Notes: generated from the letters alone by a model not told the origin. A DNA stretch of 64,000 bases from Actinomycetales bacterium (GCA_018969715.1 JAGWXT010000001.1:74877-138876), one strand, 5' to 3'. Numbered from the stretch's first letter, positions 10,426 through 20,103 are shown. A program made the numbers and translations.

Positions 10426-11880
10426 GTGAGCGATTCCTGGGTTGAGGTCAACAACGTCATCAACGGGGAGCTACTGCCGGCAGCGGACGGGGCGACCCTG
10501 AGCCTGGTCGACCCCTCCACGGGCGAGGCCTTTGGCCGGTCGCCGTGCTCGGGCTCAGCCGACGTCGATGCGGCCTACCGCGCTGCCAGTGAGGCCTTCG
10601 GCAGTTGGGGGCGGACCACACCCGCCGAGCGGCAGCGTGCCCTGCTGGCGATCGCCGACCTGCTCGAGGCGCACCGGGATGACCTGATCGAGCTGGAGGG
10701 ACTCAACACCGGCAAGCCCACCGCGGTCACGGCAGCCGAGGAGATCGGGCCCATGCTCGACCAGATCCGGTTCTTCGCCGGTGCGGCGCGGGTGCTTGAG
10801 GGCAAGAGCGCCGGCGAGTACATGACCGATATGACGTCGATGATCCGACGGGAGCCGGTGGGGGTGATCGGTCAGGTGACTCCCTGGAACTACCCCATGA
10901 TGATGGCGGTGTGGAAGTTCGCCCCGGCGATCGCCGCGGGCAACACCATCGTCCTCAAGCCCAGTGACACCACGCCGGTCACGACCGCCCGGATAGCGCA
11001 ATGGGTCAATGAGGCCGGGATCCTCCCCCCGGGGGTCTTCAATGTCGTCTGCGGTGACCGCGATACCGGCCGGGCGCTCGTTGAGCATCCGCGGCCGGAC
11101 ATGGTTGCGGTCACCGGTTCGGTGCGGGCGGGCCGGGAGGTGGCGATGGCTGCGGCGGCCGGGCTGAAGCGCGTGCACCTTGAACTCGGCGGCAAGGCGC
11201 CGGTCATCGTCTTTGATGACGCCGACTGCGCGAAGGCGGCCGAATGGCTGGCGATCGCGGGGTACTTCAATGCCGGGCAGGACTGCACCGCCGCCACCAG
11301 GGTGCTTGCGGCCCCCCGCATCTACGACGACTTCGTCGCTGCCCTTGCCGAGCAGGCCCGCCAGACGCAGACCACCGTGGGCGTCGGGCGCAGCCACCCC
11401 GATGCGCTGGTGCCGCCGGTGAACAACGCCGCACAGCTGGCCCGGGTGCTCGGCTTCCTGGAGCGCCGGCCGGCTCATGCCGAGGTCGTCGCCGGCGGCC
11501 GCCAGCAGGGGGCGGCCGGGTTCTACATCGAGCCCACGGTCATCGCGGGGGTGCGGCAGGAGGATGAGCTCAGCCAGCAGGAGATCTTCGGTCCGGTCAT
11601 CACTGTGCAGCCCTTCACTGATGAGGCGCAGGCGATCACCTGGGCCAACGGCGTCGACTACGGGCTCGCCGCCAGCGTCTGGACCACCGATGTCGGACGT
11701 GCGATGCGCGTGGCACGGGCGCTCGACTTCGGTGCGGTATGGATCAACACGCACATCCCGATCGTCGCCGAGATGCCGCATGGGGGCTTCAAGCGATCCG
11801 GCTACGGAAAGGACCTCAGCCTCTACGGGCTGGAGGACTACACCCGTCTCAAGCACGTCATGATCAGCATTGCCGAGTGA
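10426..11880 (+). CDS. NAD(P)-dependent aldehyde dehydrogenase (gamma-aminobutyraldehyde dehydrogenase-like)
   Basis: Motifs [31 protein letters not shown] (catalytic Glu) and [12 protein letters not shown] (catalytic Cys). GTG 10426 is preceded by GGGAGG. Confidence 0.88.
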   Translation: MSDSWVEVNNVINGELLPAADGATLSLVDPSTGEAFGRSPCSGSADVDAAYRAASEAFGSWGRTTPAERQRALLAIADLLEAHRDDLIELEGLNTGKPTAVTAAEEIGPMLDQIRFFAGAARVLEGKSAGEYMTDMTSMIRREPVGVIGQVTPWNYPMMMAVWKFAPAIAAGNTIVLKPSDTTPVTTARIAQWVNEAGILPPGVFNVVCGDRDTGRALVEHPRPDMVAVTGSVRAGREVAMAAAAGLKRVHLELGGKAPVIVFDDADCAKAAEWLAIAGYFNAGQDCTAATRVLAAPRIYDDFVAALAEQARQTQTTVGVGRSHPDALVPPVNNAAQLARVLGFLERRPAHAEVVAGGRQQGAAGFYIEPTVIAGVRQEDELSQQEIFGPVITVQPFTDEAQAITWANGVDYGLAASVWTTDVGRAMRVARALDFGAVWINTHIPIVAEMPHGGFKRSGYGKDLSLYGLEDYTRLKHVMISIAE

Positions 11881-11890
11881 TGACTCGGCA
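11871..11890 (+). other. Stem-loop 1 of a twin hairpin (8-bp stem, GATG loop)
   Basis: tgccgagt-gatg-actcggca. Overlaps the aldehyde dehydrogenase TGA. Confidence 0.6.
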
Positions 11891-11903
11891 GGAGGATCAG
11901 CAT

Positions 11904-11923
11904 TGCCGAGTGATCACTCGGCA
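11904..11923 (+). other. Stem-loop 2 of a twin hairpin (8-bp stem, GATC loop; perfect 20-nt palindrome)
   Basis: tgccgagt-gatc-actcggca, 55 nt upstream of the potD ATG. Confidence 0.6.
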
Positions 11924-11978
11924 TGAGTAGCCTGCTGCCACACCGCTGTCAAATGGATCCTGAAGGAGGCCAGTTGCC

Positions 11979-13184
11979 ATGAGCACATCCCGCCGCCCCC
12001 CGCGGGCCAGTCTGCCGCCGGAGCTGCGGCCCCTCCTGTCACGTCGATCCTTCCTGCTCGCGGCAGGTGCCGGTGCCGCGACGGTCACGCTGGCGGCCTG
12101 CGGAGCCGGTCGGGGTGGCAGCACCGCAACCACCACCACTGGTGAGGCTGCCGACACCGGGGCAGCCCGGGTCGTGTGGTCGAACTGGCCGCTCTATATC
12201 GATGTCGACGATGCGGGGACCAGTGCAACGCTGGCCGCATTCACCCAGTCCACCGGGATCGATGTTGACTACCTTGAGGACTACAACGACAACGCCGAGT
12301 TCTACGCGAAGGTCCGGCCGCTGCTGGAGAGCGGCCAGTCCATTGACCGGGACATCGTTGTGCCCACCGACTGGATGGCCGGGATCTGGATCCGCAACGG
12401 CTTCGCAAGTCCGCTGGACAAGGCGAACATCCCCAACGCCAGCAACCTCATTGCGAGCCTGGCCACACCCGGATTCGACGCCGACCGTTCCTACACCCTG
12501 CCGTGGCAGAGCGGGTACGGGGGTCTGGGATGGTCGAAGTCCGCCCTGAACGAGGCACTGGGCACCGACACCATGACCAGTGTCGACCAGTTGTTCGACC
12601 CGCGGCTGAAGGGTCGGATCGTCCTGCTGTCGGAGATGCGCGATACCGCCGGGGTGATCATGGCCTGGCAGGGGGCGGACCCGACCAACTTCACCGACGA
12701 CGACTTCTACGCGGCGCTCGACTACCTGCAGGAGCAGGTCAACAACGGCCAGATCATCGCCTTCCAGGGCAATGACTACGTGACGGGCTTGGAGAACGGT
12801 GACATCACCGCGGTCATCGGGTGGTCCGGGGACCTGGCGCAGATGGGTGAGGAGTTCGGCTTCGCACTGCCCGAGACCCGCGGCAACCTCTGGACCGACA
12901 ATCTCCTCATCCCGGTCAATGCCGCCCATCAGGCCAATGCCGAGCAGCTGATCAACTACTACTACGACCCGGCCGTGGCCGCCCAGGTGGCCGCGTACGT
13001 CCAGTACATCTCCCCGGTTGCCGGTGCCGAGCAGGAGGCCGCCGCCATCGATCCGGCCCTCGCGGACAACCCCCTCATCTTCCCGCGGGATGAGGACCTC
13101 GCCAAGACGTTCATCTTCATGCCGCTCACCCCGGAGAAGGAGACCGAGTACGGCGAGGCGTGGCAGGCCCTGCTCGGCAACTGA
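11979..13184 (+). CDS. potD: Spermidine/putrescine ABC transporter substrate-binding lipoprotein
   Basis: Tat/lipoprotein-type leader SRRSFLLAAGAGAATVTLAAC with a PotD/PotF-like body. Strong AAGGAGG 9 nt upstream of the ATG. Followed by potA/B/C. Confidence 0.85.
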   Translation: MSTSRRPPRASLPPELRPLLSRRSFLLAAGAGAATVTLAACGAGRGGSTATTTTGEAADTGAARVVWSNWPLYIDVDDAGTSATLAAFTQSTGIDVDYLEDYNDNAEFYAKVRPLLESGQSIDRDIVVPTDWMAGIWIRNGFASPLDKANIPNASNLIASLATPGFDADRSYTLPWQSGYGGLGWSKSALNEALGTDTMTSVDQLFDPRLKGRIVLLSEMRDTAGVIMAWQGADPTNFTDDDFYAALDYLQEQVNNGQIIAFQGNDYVTGLENGDITAVIGWSGDLAQMGEEFGFALPETRGNLWTDNLLIPVNAAHQANAEQLINYYYDPAVAAQVAAYVQYISPVAGAEQEAAAIDPALADNPLIFPRDEDLAKTFIFMPLTPEKETEYGEAWQALLGN

Positions 13185-13194
13185 GGCCAGCGCG

Positions 13195-14382
13195 ATGACG
13201 ACGGCAGTTGAGGACCTCCACCTCGTCGGCGTGACCAAGCGGTTCGGGGAGGCCACTGCGGTTGCCGATCTCTCACTGGACGTCCCGGCGGGCTCATTCT
13301 TCGCCCTCCTCGGACCCTCCGGGTGCGGCAAGACGACGACCCTGCGGATGGTCGCGGGGCTGGAACTGCCCAGCAGCGGCCGGATCCTGCTCGGCGAGCG
13401 GGACATCACCCGCCGGCCCCCCTACCGTCGCAATGTCAACACGGTCTTCCAGTCGTATGCGCTGTTTCCGCACCTGGACATCCACGACAATGTCGCCTTC
13501 GGCCTGCGCCGCCGGGGCATCCGCGCGGTCGATGCCCCCGTGCGCGAGATGCTCGAGTTGGTCGAGCTTGGGGGTTTTGCCCGGCGGCGACCCGCTCAGC
13601 TGTCGGGCGGGCAGCAGCAGCGGGTGGCGCTTGCCCGCGCCCTCATCAACCGTCCGGATGTGCTGCTGCTCGATGAGCCGCTGGGCGCCCTCGACCTGAA
13701 ACTGCGCCGGCAGATGCAGCTTGAGCTCAAGCGGATCCAGACCGAGGTGGGCATCACGTTCATCCATGTCACCCATGACCAGGAGGAGGCCCTGACCATG
13801 GCCGACACCGTTGCGGTCATGAACGGCGGCCGGATCGAGCAGCTGGGATCGCCAATCGACGTCTACGAAGGGCCACAGACGGCGTTCGTCGCGAACTTCC
13901 TCGGGCAGGCAAACCTCTACCCCGGGGTGACGGCAGGTGCCGGTGCGGAGGCGACGGGCGTGGCCATCACGATCGCCGATGCGACGGTCACGGTGCCGGT
14001 CAGCGCCCTGGCGGGCCGCAGTGGCCGGGTGGTCGTCGGGGTGCGACCGGAGAAGGTCCGGGTTGTCGACCCGAGTGCGGAGCACGACCTGCCCGCCAAC
14101 CGCCTGCAGGGCACGATCGCAGAGGTGGCCTTCGTCGGGGTGAGCACCCAGTACGTGATCGCCCTGCCCAGTGGCGCCCGGCTGGCCGCCTTCGAGCAGA
14201 ACCTCGACCCACGAGAGGTGGGCCGCCCGGGGGAGCCGGTGGCGCTCGGGTGGGAACCACGCCATACCTTCATCCTGGACGCCGACGAGGACCTGCGGGC
14301 CGGCCTGCTGGACCAGACCCCGGTGCCCCCGGCGGACCCGGTGGCTGCGCCGCTGTCGGGGTCAGCGCCCGGCGCCCGCTGA
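13195..14382 (+). CDS. potA: Spermidine/putrescine ABC transporter ATP-binding protein
   Basis: Walker A GPSGCGKTT, signature LSGGQQQRVALARAL, Walker B LLLDEPLGALD. Start set at ATG 13195 (MTTAVEDLHL). The ORF-track extension overlaps potD. Confidence 0.92.
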   Translation: MTTAVEDLHLVGVTKRFGEATAVADLSLDVPAGSFFALLGPSGCGKTTTLRMVAGLELPSSGRILLGERDITRRPPYRRNVNTVFQSYALFPHLDIHDNVAFGLRRRGIRAVDAPVREMLELVELGGFARRRPAQLSGGQQQRVALARALINRPDVLLLDEPLGALDLKLRRQMQLELKRIQTEVGITFIHVTHDQEEALTMADTVAVMNGGRIEQLGSPIDVYEGPQTAFVANFLGQANLYPGVTAGAGAEATGVAITIADATVTVPVSALAGRSGRVVVGVRPEKVRVVDPSAEHDLPANRLQGTIAEVAFVGVSTQYVIALPSGARLAAFEQNLDPREVGRPGEPVALGWEPRHTFILDADEDLRAGLLDQTPVPPADPVAAPLSGSAPGAR

Positions 14383-14386
14383 CACG

Positions 14387-15232
14387 ATGCGCCGCCGGAG
14401 TACGCCCTACCTGCTGCTGCTGCCCGGCATGGCATGGCTGGGCTTCTTCTTCCTCATCCCACTGGCGAGCCTGCTGGCAACCTCACTGCAGCGGCCACTG
14501 GGCCCGAGCACGGAGGACGGCTTCGCGCCGGCACTGGAGTTCACCAACTACTCCGCGGCGCTGCTGGCCTACTGGCCGCAGTTCCTCAAGAGCTTTGCAT
14601 TCGCCGGCCTCGCCTCGTTGATCGGGCTGCTGATCGCGTTCCCGCTGGCGTACTTCATCGCCTTCCGAGCCGGGCGGTGGCGGATGCTGATGCTGGTGCT
14701 GGTGGTGCTGCCGCTCTTCTCCTCGTTCCTGCTGCGCACGAATGCGTGGAAGACGCTGCTCTCCAGTGAAGGGTTCATCGTCGAGACCCTCAACGCCCTC
14801 GCTCTGCTGCCCGACGACCGGGTACTCAATACCCCTATTGCGGTCATCGCCGGCCTGACCTACAACTTCCTGCCCTTCCTCGTCCTGCCGATCTACGCCT
14901 CCCTCGATCGGATCGACAAGGCGGTCGTCGAGGCCGCGGCCGACCTGTACGCCACTGCTGCGGCGCGATTGCGAACGGTGATCCTGCCGCTGGCGGCGCC
15001 CGGGGTGCTCTCGGGTGTGCTGTTGACGTTCATCCCCGCCGCCGGCGACTACATCAACGCCCAACTGCTCGGCAGCATTCAGGACAAGATGATCGGTAAC
15101 GTGATCCAGTCTCAGTTCATCATCGTCCGCGACTATCCGACGGCATCGGCCCTGTCCTTCATGTTCATGGTGACGATCCTCGTCCTCGTGCTCCTCTACA
15201 TCCGCCGCGTCGGCACCCGGGAGCTCGTGTGA
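14387..15232 (+). CDS. potB: Spermidine/putrescine ABC transporter permease
   Basis: Six-TM permease with EAA loop VEAAADLYATAAARLRTVILPLAAPG. Start set at ATG 14387 (MRRRSTPYLLLLPG). Confidence 0.9.
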   Translation: MRRRSTPYLLLLPGMAWLGFFFLIPLASLLATSLQRPLGPSTEDGFAPALEFTNYSAALLAYWPQFLKSFAFAGLASLIGLLIAFPLAYFIAFRAGRWRMLMLVLVVLPLFSSFLLRTNAWKTLLSSEGFIVETLNALALLPDDRVLNTPIAVIAGLTYNFLPFLVLPIYASLDRIDKAVVEAAADLYATAAARLRTVILPLAAPGVLSGVLLTFIPAAGDYINAQLLGSIQDKMIGNVIQSQFIIVRDYPTASALSFMFMVTILVLVLLYIRRVGTRELV

Positions 15233-16026
15233 TCCGCTGGCTGGGACGCAATCTCCTCACCGTCTACGCCCTGCTGGCGGTGGGCTACCTACTGCTGCCG
15301 GTAGCGGTGATCACGGTGCTGTCATTCAACAAGCCGCGCGGACGGCAGAACACGACCTGGAATGAATTCTCACTGGACGCCTGGACCAACATCTGCCGGG
15401 ATCAGACGATCTGCTCGGCCTTCGGCACCAGCCTGCGCATCGGGCTGATCGTGACGATCGTCGGCACCCTCCTCGGCACCATGCTCTCGTTCGCCCTGAT
15501 CCGGTACCGATTCCTCGGACGCACCCCCGCCAACCTCGTGGTCTTCCTGCCGCTGGCAACACCCGAGGTCATCCTCGGCGCGTCACTGCTGGCCTTCTTC
15601 CTCAACCTGCTCCTGCCATTGGGCTTCTGGACGATCACGATCGCCCATGTCATGTTCACCATCTCGTTTGTGGTGCTCATCGTCAATGCCCGGCTGGCGG
15701 GTATGGACACCCGGTTGGAGGAGGCGGCAATGGACCTCTACGCGACCGGGCTGCAGACCTTCCGGTACGTCACGCTGCCACTGGCGGCGCCGGGGATCGC
15801 AGCGGCCGCCCTGCTGTCATTCACGCTGTCCTTCGATGACTTCATCATCACCAACTTCAACAGTGGAACGACGGTGACCTTCCCGATCTACATCTGGGGG
15901 GCAGCCCTGCGCGGGATCCCGCCGCAGGTCAACGTCATCGCCACCATCGTGTTCGCGGTGTCGGTGCTGCTGGTACTGCTGGCAATGGGCCTGGCGTCGA
16001 GCCGCCGACCGCGGGTGCGGCAGTAG
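15229..16026 (+). CDS. potC: Spermidine/putrescine ABC transporter permease
   Basis: EAA loop EEAAMDLYATGLQTFRYVTLPLAAPG. GTGA overlap with the potB stop. Confidence 0.9.
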   Translation: MIRWLGRNLLTVYALLAVGYLLLPVAVITVLSFNKPRGRQNTTWNEFSLDAWTNICRDQTICSAFGTSLRIGLIVTIVGTLLGTMLSFALIRYRFLGRTPANLVVFLPLATPEVILGASLLAFFLNLLLPLGFWTITIAHVMFTISFVVLIVNARLAGMDTRLEEAAMDLYATGLQTFRYVTLPLAAPGIAAAALLSFTLSFDDFIITNFNSGTTVTFPIYIWGAALRGIPPQVNVIATIVFAVSVLLVLLAMGLASSRRPRVRQ

Positions 16027-16040
16027 ATGAGCCGGCCACG

Positions 16041-17048
16041 ATGAGTGCCGAGCGCTATGGCAGCCAATACGGACCGGATCTGACATTCCTCGGCATCCCC
16101 GCCTGCACCTGGTCGGATCCTGCGACCTATGCCGAGGCTGCGGTGGTGATCCTGGGGGCGCCCTTCGACGGGGGCACCTCGTACCGCAGCGGTGCCCGGC
16201 TGGGGCCGGGTGCGGTGCGGGGTGCGGACTACCTCGGCCACGATGGCAACCGTCCACATCTGGCACTGCGGGTGGCCGCCCTGACCGAGCTCGGGGTGCG
16301 CGATGCCGGGGATGTGCTGATGTTCTCCGGGGATGCCGCCGGATCGGTGGCCGCCCTGGCGGAGGCGGTGACGACGATCGCACGTCAGGGGGTGATCCCG
16401 CTGGTCCTCGGCGGGGACCACACCATCACGTGGCCGGATGCGACGGGGGTTGCACGTGCGGTGGGCTGGGGCCGGGTGTCGGTGGTGCACTTCGATGCCC
16501 ACGCCGACACCGGGATGACCGAGTTCGGCTCGCTGATCGGCCACGGTCAGCCGATGCGTCGACTCATCGAATCCGGTGCCGTGCGGGGGGACCGGTTCAT
16601 CCAGATCGGCCTGCGGGGGTACTGGCCCGGCCCATCGGATCTGGCGTGGATGCGCGCACAGGGGATGCGTTCCTATGAGATGAGTGAGATCGGCGCCCGC
16701 GGACTGATGGCCGTTCTCGACGAGGCCTTCGAGCGGGCCACCGATGACTGCGATGCGGTCTTCCTCTCCGTCGACGTCGACGTGGTGGACCCGGGCTCGG
16801 CGCCGGGCACCGGCACCCCGGAGCCCGGCGGGCTGAGCAGCCGGCAGCTGCTCGATGCGGTGCGGCGGGTGGCCCTCGAACTGCCCCTCGCCGGTGCCGA
16901 TGTTGTCGAGCTCAGCCCCCCATATGACCACGCCGACATCACCGCAATGCTCGCCAATCGGGTCGTCCTCGAGATCCTCAGCGGGATCGCCGGGCGTCGA
17001 CGGGGCCTCACCTGGCAGCCGGAGCGACCGCTGCTTGACGGCAGGTGA
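16041..17048 (+). CDS. speB: Agmatinase / ureohydrolase family (agmatinase or guanidino-acid hydrolase)
   Basis: Arginase-fold Mn ligand motifs: VVHFDAHADTG, GHGQPMRRL, LSVDVDVVDPGSAPGTGTPEPGG and ELSPPYD. Confidence 0.88.
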   Translation: MSAERYGSQYGPDLTFLGIPACTWSDPATYAEAAVVILGAPFDGGTSYRSGARLGPGAVRGADYLGHDGNRPHLALRVAALTELGVRDAGDVLMFSGDAAGSVAALAEAVTTIARQGVIPLVLGGDHTITWPDATGVARAVGWGRVSVVHFDAHADTGMTEFGSLIGHGQPMRRLIESGAVRGDRFIQIGLRGYWPGPSDLAWMRAQGMRSYEMSEIGARGLMAVLDEAFERATDDCDAVFLSVDVDVVDPGSAPGTGTPEPGGLSSRQLLDAVRRVALELPLAGADVVELSPPYDHADITAMLANRVVLEILSGIAGRRRGLTWQPERPLLDGR

Positions 17049-18760
17049 GCGGTGAGCGCCGCTGGTGGGCTGGGCGCCGGCCGCGGACCCTGCTGGACCT
17101 GAGCGACCTCAGCTGGTTTCTCACCTTCCACGCGCACCGGACCGGGGTGCCGATCGTCGTGGCGGAGCTTGGGCAGCGCCTGCTCGCCAGCGGTCATGCG
17201 GTGGCGGTCCAGTGGAGCGATGCCGATCTGTGCTACCGCACCGTCGCCCCGGCCGCCGCCCGGGATCTGCTCACAGGTGCCGAAGGCCTGCGGGCCGCCG
17301 ACCTCGAGCGGCCGGTCACCTTCGGGGAGGGCGATGTGCTGTGCCTGCTCGGCTCCTGGTGGAGCGTCCCGGGTCTGCACCTCGGGCTGGGGCAGGCGCA
17401 GCGCGGCGGAGCCCGGGTGCTCAGCCTCGTCCACGACCTTGCCCCGCTGCTGGACAGTGACGCCGCCGCCGGGGAGATGCGTGCGACCTTCGCCGACTAC
17501 CTCGCCGTGACCGACCTCGCGGTGGATCGGGTGGTGTTCAACAGTGAGGCCAGCCGGGCGCGATGGGTGAGGGAGCGGGGCGCGGCGGATGCCGGCTGGC
17601 AGGTTGGCCGGGGGATCGGCCTGGCCAGCCGCTTCACCGGTGCCGAGCAGGCGCGGGGTGATCGGTCCCGGCCATATGTGCTGATGGTGAGTGCCCTGCA
17701 CCCGTGGAAGCGCCAGCATGAGGTGGTCGCCCTCTGGGAGGGACTGGCCGCCGAGCTCGGCCCGGCGTGCCCGGAGCTGCTCCTCGTCGGCCCGCCGACC
17801 GATGACGGTGCGGTACGGGCAGCCCTCACCGCCCGGCCGGCCATTGCGCCGTTGGTCCACCGCCTCGGCGCGGTGGACGATGAGGAGCTGGTGGCCCTCT
17901 ATCGGGGGGCGATGTTCAGCCTGTTCCTCGCGCCGATGCCCGATGGCTGGGGGTTGCCGATCACCGAGTCGCTCACCTTCGGCTGCCCGGTGATCGCTGC
18001 GGACACCCCACCACTGCGCGAGAGCGGCGGGCACCTCGCCCGCTTCGTGCCCCCGGCCGGCCGGGCCGATGCCCAGCAGCCCGATCCGGATGACCCGGCC
18101 CACCGTGCGCTGGCTGCGGCCATCCGCGCGCTCATCGTGGATGAGCAGGACCGGTCAGCCCTCGCCCATCGCATCCGTCGGGAGTATCGACCGCCCACCT
18201 GGGATGCGGTCGCGAACCGCCTCGCTCAGGAGGTCCGGGCCGTCAACCGGGCCCGGACCCGGTCGCGCAGGCCCGGTTCGCCGCTGTGGGTGCCCGCTCT
18301 CGGCGAGGAACTGCCGCTGCGCCGTGAAGCCCACCTGCCCCTGACCGGGGCGCCGTCGACGCACGCCGCCGAGGCGCGGGCTCGCCTGTGGGTGGCCGCC
18401 CACCGCGACCAGTGGGTTGCCGGGGGGGTGGCGCTGCTGCCGGGCCGCGGGCTGACGATCGCGGTGCCGGGGATCGAGCAGTGGCCGGCGGCCGGGCTCT
18501 CGGTGGGTGACCCGATCACGGTGGTGGTCTCCACGGTGCCCACCGGCGGGACGGCGACGGTCACCGTGGACCCGGATGGGCGGTGCCTCACCGTGTCCCA
18601 CGGGCAGTCACTGCTCCTGCACACCACGGTGAGCGAGGGGGGCGGTGCGGTCGGGCTGCACTGCCGGACCTCGATCACCCCCCAGTCTCCCGAGGTTGAC
18701 AGCGCCCTGTTCTGCTCAACCGTCCAGTACCGGACCGGTGAGATGGCGACTGCCGGGTAG
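17045..18760 (+). CDS. GT-B (family 1/4-like) glycosyltransferase fused to a ~190-aa C-terminal domain of unknown function
   Basis: N-terminal LLDLSDLSWF...HRTGVPIVVAELGQRLL. GT1 core ELVALYRGAMFSLFLAPMPDGWGLPITESLTFGCPVIAADTPPLRESGG. Third-position G/C bias supports this frame. GTGA overlap with the agmatinase stop. Confidence 0.7.
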   Translation: MSGERRWWAGRRPRTLLDLSDLSWFLTFHAHRTGVPIVVAELGQRLLASGHAVAVQWSDADLCYRTVAPAAARDLLTGAEGLRAADLERPVTFGEGDVLCLLGSWWSVPGLHLGLGQAQRGGARVLSLVHDLAPLLDSDAAAGEMRATFADYLAVTDLAVDRVVFNSEASRARWVRERGAADAGWQVGRGIGLASRFTGAEQARGDRSRPYVLMVSALHPWKRQHEVVALWEGLAAELGPACPELLLVGPPTDDGAVRAALTARPAIAPLVHRLGAVDDEELVALYRGAMFSLFLAPMPDGWGLPITESLTFGCPVIAADTPPLRESGGHLARFVPPAGRADAQQPDPDDPAHRALAAAIRALIVDEQDRSALAHRIRREYRPPTWDAVANRLAQEVRAVNRARTRSRRPGSPLWVPALGEELPLRREAHLPLTGAPSTHAAEARARLWVAAHRDQWVAGGVALLPGRGLTIAVPGIEQWPAAGLSVGDPITVVVSTVPTGGTATVTVDPDGRCLTVSHGQSLLLHTTVSEGGGAVGLHCRTSITPQSPEVDSALFCSTVQYRTGEMATAG

Positions 18761-18851
18761 GGTGGCCAGATGGCCCGGTTCGACTGCCCGTGGTGGGGAC
18801 GGTTGGGGCGACCGAGGGAGTGCTCCGACGGATGTGGGGAGGCGATAGTGC

Positions 18852-20090
18852 GTGCGAATCCTCTGTGTGGGAGCCGGCGGAGTAGGTAGAGCCGCGGCGC
18901 GGATCCTCGCGCGGCGGGAGTTCTTCGAGGCGGCCGTCATCGGCGATCACGATGTTTCCCGGGCCCGGCTCGTCGCCGATCAGTGTGGGGACCCCCGGTT
19001 CAGCGCCGTTCGGCTGGATGCCGGTGACAGTGCTGGGTTGATCCAGATCATCGAGGCGCACCACATCACCCATGTGCTCAATGCGGTCGATCCCCGGTTC
19101 GTCATGCCGGTGTTCCGGGCCTGCCTGGCCGCGGGGGCGACCTACCTGGACATGGCGATGTCACTGTCCTCGCCGCATCCGGAGGATCCATTCCGGCAGC
19201 CGGGGGTGAAGCTCGGCGATGAGCAGTTCGCCATGGCCGCCCAGTGGCAGGATCGCGGACTGCTCGCGCTGGTCGGGATCGGGGTCGAACCGGGGCTGTC
19301 CGATGTGTTCGCGCGCTATGCCGCCGACCACCTCTTCAGTCGCATCGACCTGATCAGCGTGCGCGATGGGGGGAATCTCTCGGTCGACGGTTTCGACTTC
19401 GCCCCCACGTTCTCCATCTGGACCACCATCGAGGAGTGCCTGAACCCGCCCGTGATCTACGAGCGGGGCCGGGGGTGGTACACGACCGAGCCGTTCAGCG
19501 AGCCGGTCACCTTCGACTTCCCGGAAGGTATCGGTCCTATCGAGTGCGTCAACGTTGAACACGAGGAGGTGCTGCTGATCCCCCGCTGGATCGATGCGGG
19601 TCGCGTTGACTTCAAGTACGGCCTCGGCGAGGACTTCATCACCGTGCTGCGGGTGCTGCACAGCGTCGGCCTTGATGCGACCTCACCGGTGCAGGTGGGT
19701 GCGGCCCGGGTGGCCCCCCGCGATGTGGTTGCGCGGGTCCTGCCGGATCCCGCTGAGCTCGGTGAGCGGATGGTCGGCAAGACCTGTGCCGGCGCACTCG
19801 TCAGCGGGCTGGGTAAGGACCGACGTCCGCGCGAGACCTACCTCTACCACGTGGTCGACAACGAGTGGTCGATGTCGGAGTTCGGGGTGCAGGCGGTGGT
19901 GTGGCAGACAGCGGTGAACCCGGTGGTGGCCCTGGAGCTGCTTGCCGGCGGCCGGTGGCAGGGCACGGGTGTGCTCGGACCGGAGGCCTTGCCTGCTGAG
20001 CCCTTCCTCACCCTGCTGCGCGATGACTACCGCTCGGTCTGGGGGATGCGGGAACAGGTGCCGTGGGCGGCAGCGCCGGCGGAGCCGTAG
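18852..20090 (+). CDS. Saccharopine dehydrogenase family protein (carboxynorspermidine/homospermidine-type dehydrogenase-like)
   Basis: N-terminal NAD(P) motif MRILCVGAGGVGRAAARIL. ~410 aa, typical of the family. GGGGAGG 9 nt upstream of GTG 18852. Confidence 0.75.
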   Translation: MRILCVGAGGVGRAAARILARREFFEAAVIGDHDVSRARLVADQCGDPRFSAVRLDAGDSAGLIQIIEAHHITHVLNAVDPRFVMPVFRACLAAGATYLDMAMSLSSPHPEDPFRQPGVKLGDEQFAMAAQWQDRGLLALVGIGVEPGLSDVFARYAADHLFSRIDLISVRDGGNLSVDGFDFAPTFSIWTTIEECLNPPVIYERGRGWYTTEPFSEPVTFDFPEGIGPIECVNVEHEEVLLIPRWIDAGRVDFKYGLGEDFITVLRVLHSVGLDATSPVQVGAARVAPRDVVARVLPDPAELGERMVGKTCAGALVSGLGKDRRPRETYLYHVVDNEWSMSEFGVQAVVWQTAVNPVVALELLAGGRWQGTGVLGPEALPAEPFLTLLRDDYRSVWGMREQVPWAAAPAEP

Positions 20091-20103
20091 CCGACGGGGC
20101 AGG

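Larger units (their letters stand above)
11862..11927. repeat. 33-bp tandem duplication spanning the aldehyde dehydrogenase stop codon
   Basis: gatcagcattgccgagtgatgactcggcaggag / gatcagcattgccgagtgatcactcggcatgag (31/33 identical). Confidence 0.95.

Noticed and set aside
11871-11923. The twin hairpins upstream of potD as a guanidine-II (mini-ykkC) riboswitch.
   Set aside because: Mini-ykkC hairpins carry conserved ACGR tetraloops. These loops are GATG and GATC, so the known class does not fit. They are kept only as an unclassified structure.
13018-13194. N-terminal extensions of many ORF-track entries. Examples: potA from 13018, potB from 14171, acyl-CoA dehydrogenase to 6230, GT2 to 56680, GT-A-like protein to 57957, truB from 35508, ribF from 36613, rodZ-like from 50311, cinA from 53440.
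   Set aside because: The extensions overlap the preceding gene or run antisense through neighbours, and they are not family-like. Internal ATG/GTG codons with SD-like sequences or 4-nt stop/start overlaps give lengths typical of each family.
16673-18103. Long antisense ORFs in the six-frame track. Examples: 16673-18103(-) 476 aa, 27213-29105(-) 630 aa, 3768-4823(-), 7041-8426(+), 8947-10320(+), 10555-11856(-), 12039-13409(-), 32304-33617(-), 36661-37650(-), 41554-42795(-), 48810-49841(-), 62146-63372(+).
   Set aside because: Each lies opposite a gene with clear family motifs. Their translations are Arg/Pro/Gly/His-rich low-complexity sequence, and they lack the third-position G/C bias of the opposite frame. 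These are the stop-codon-poor shadow frames expected in very GC-rich DNA.
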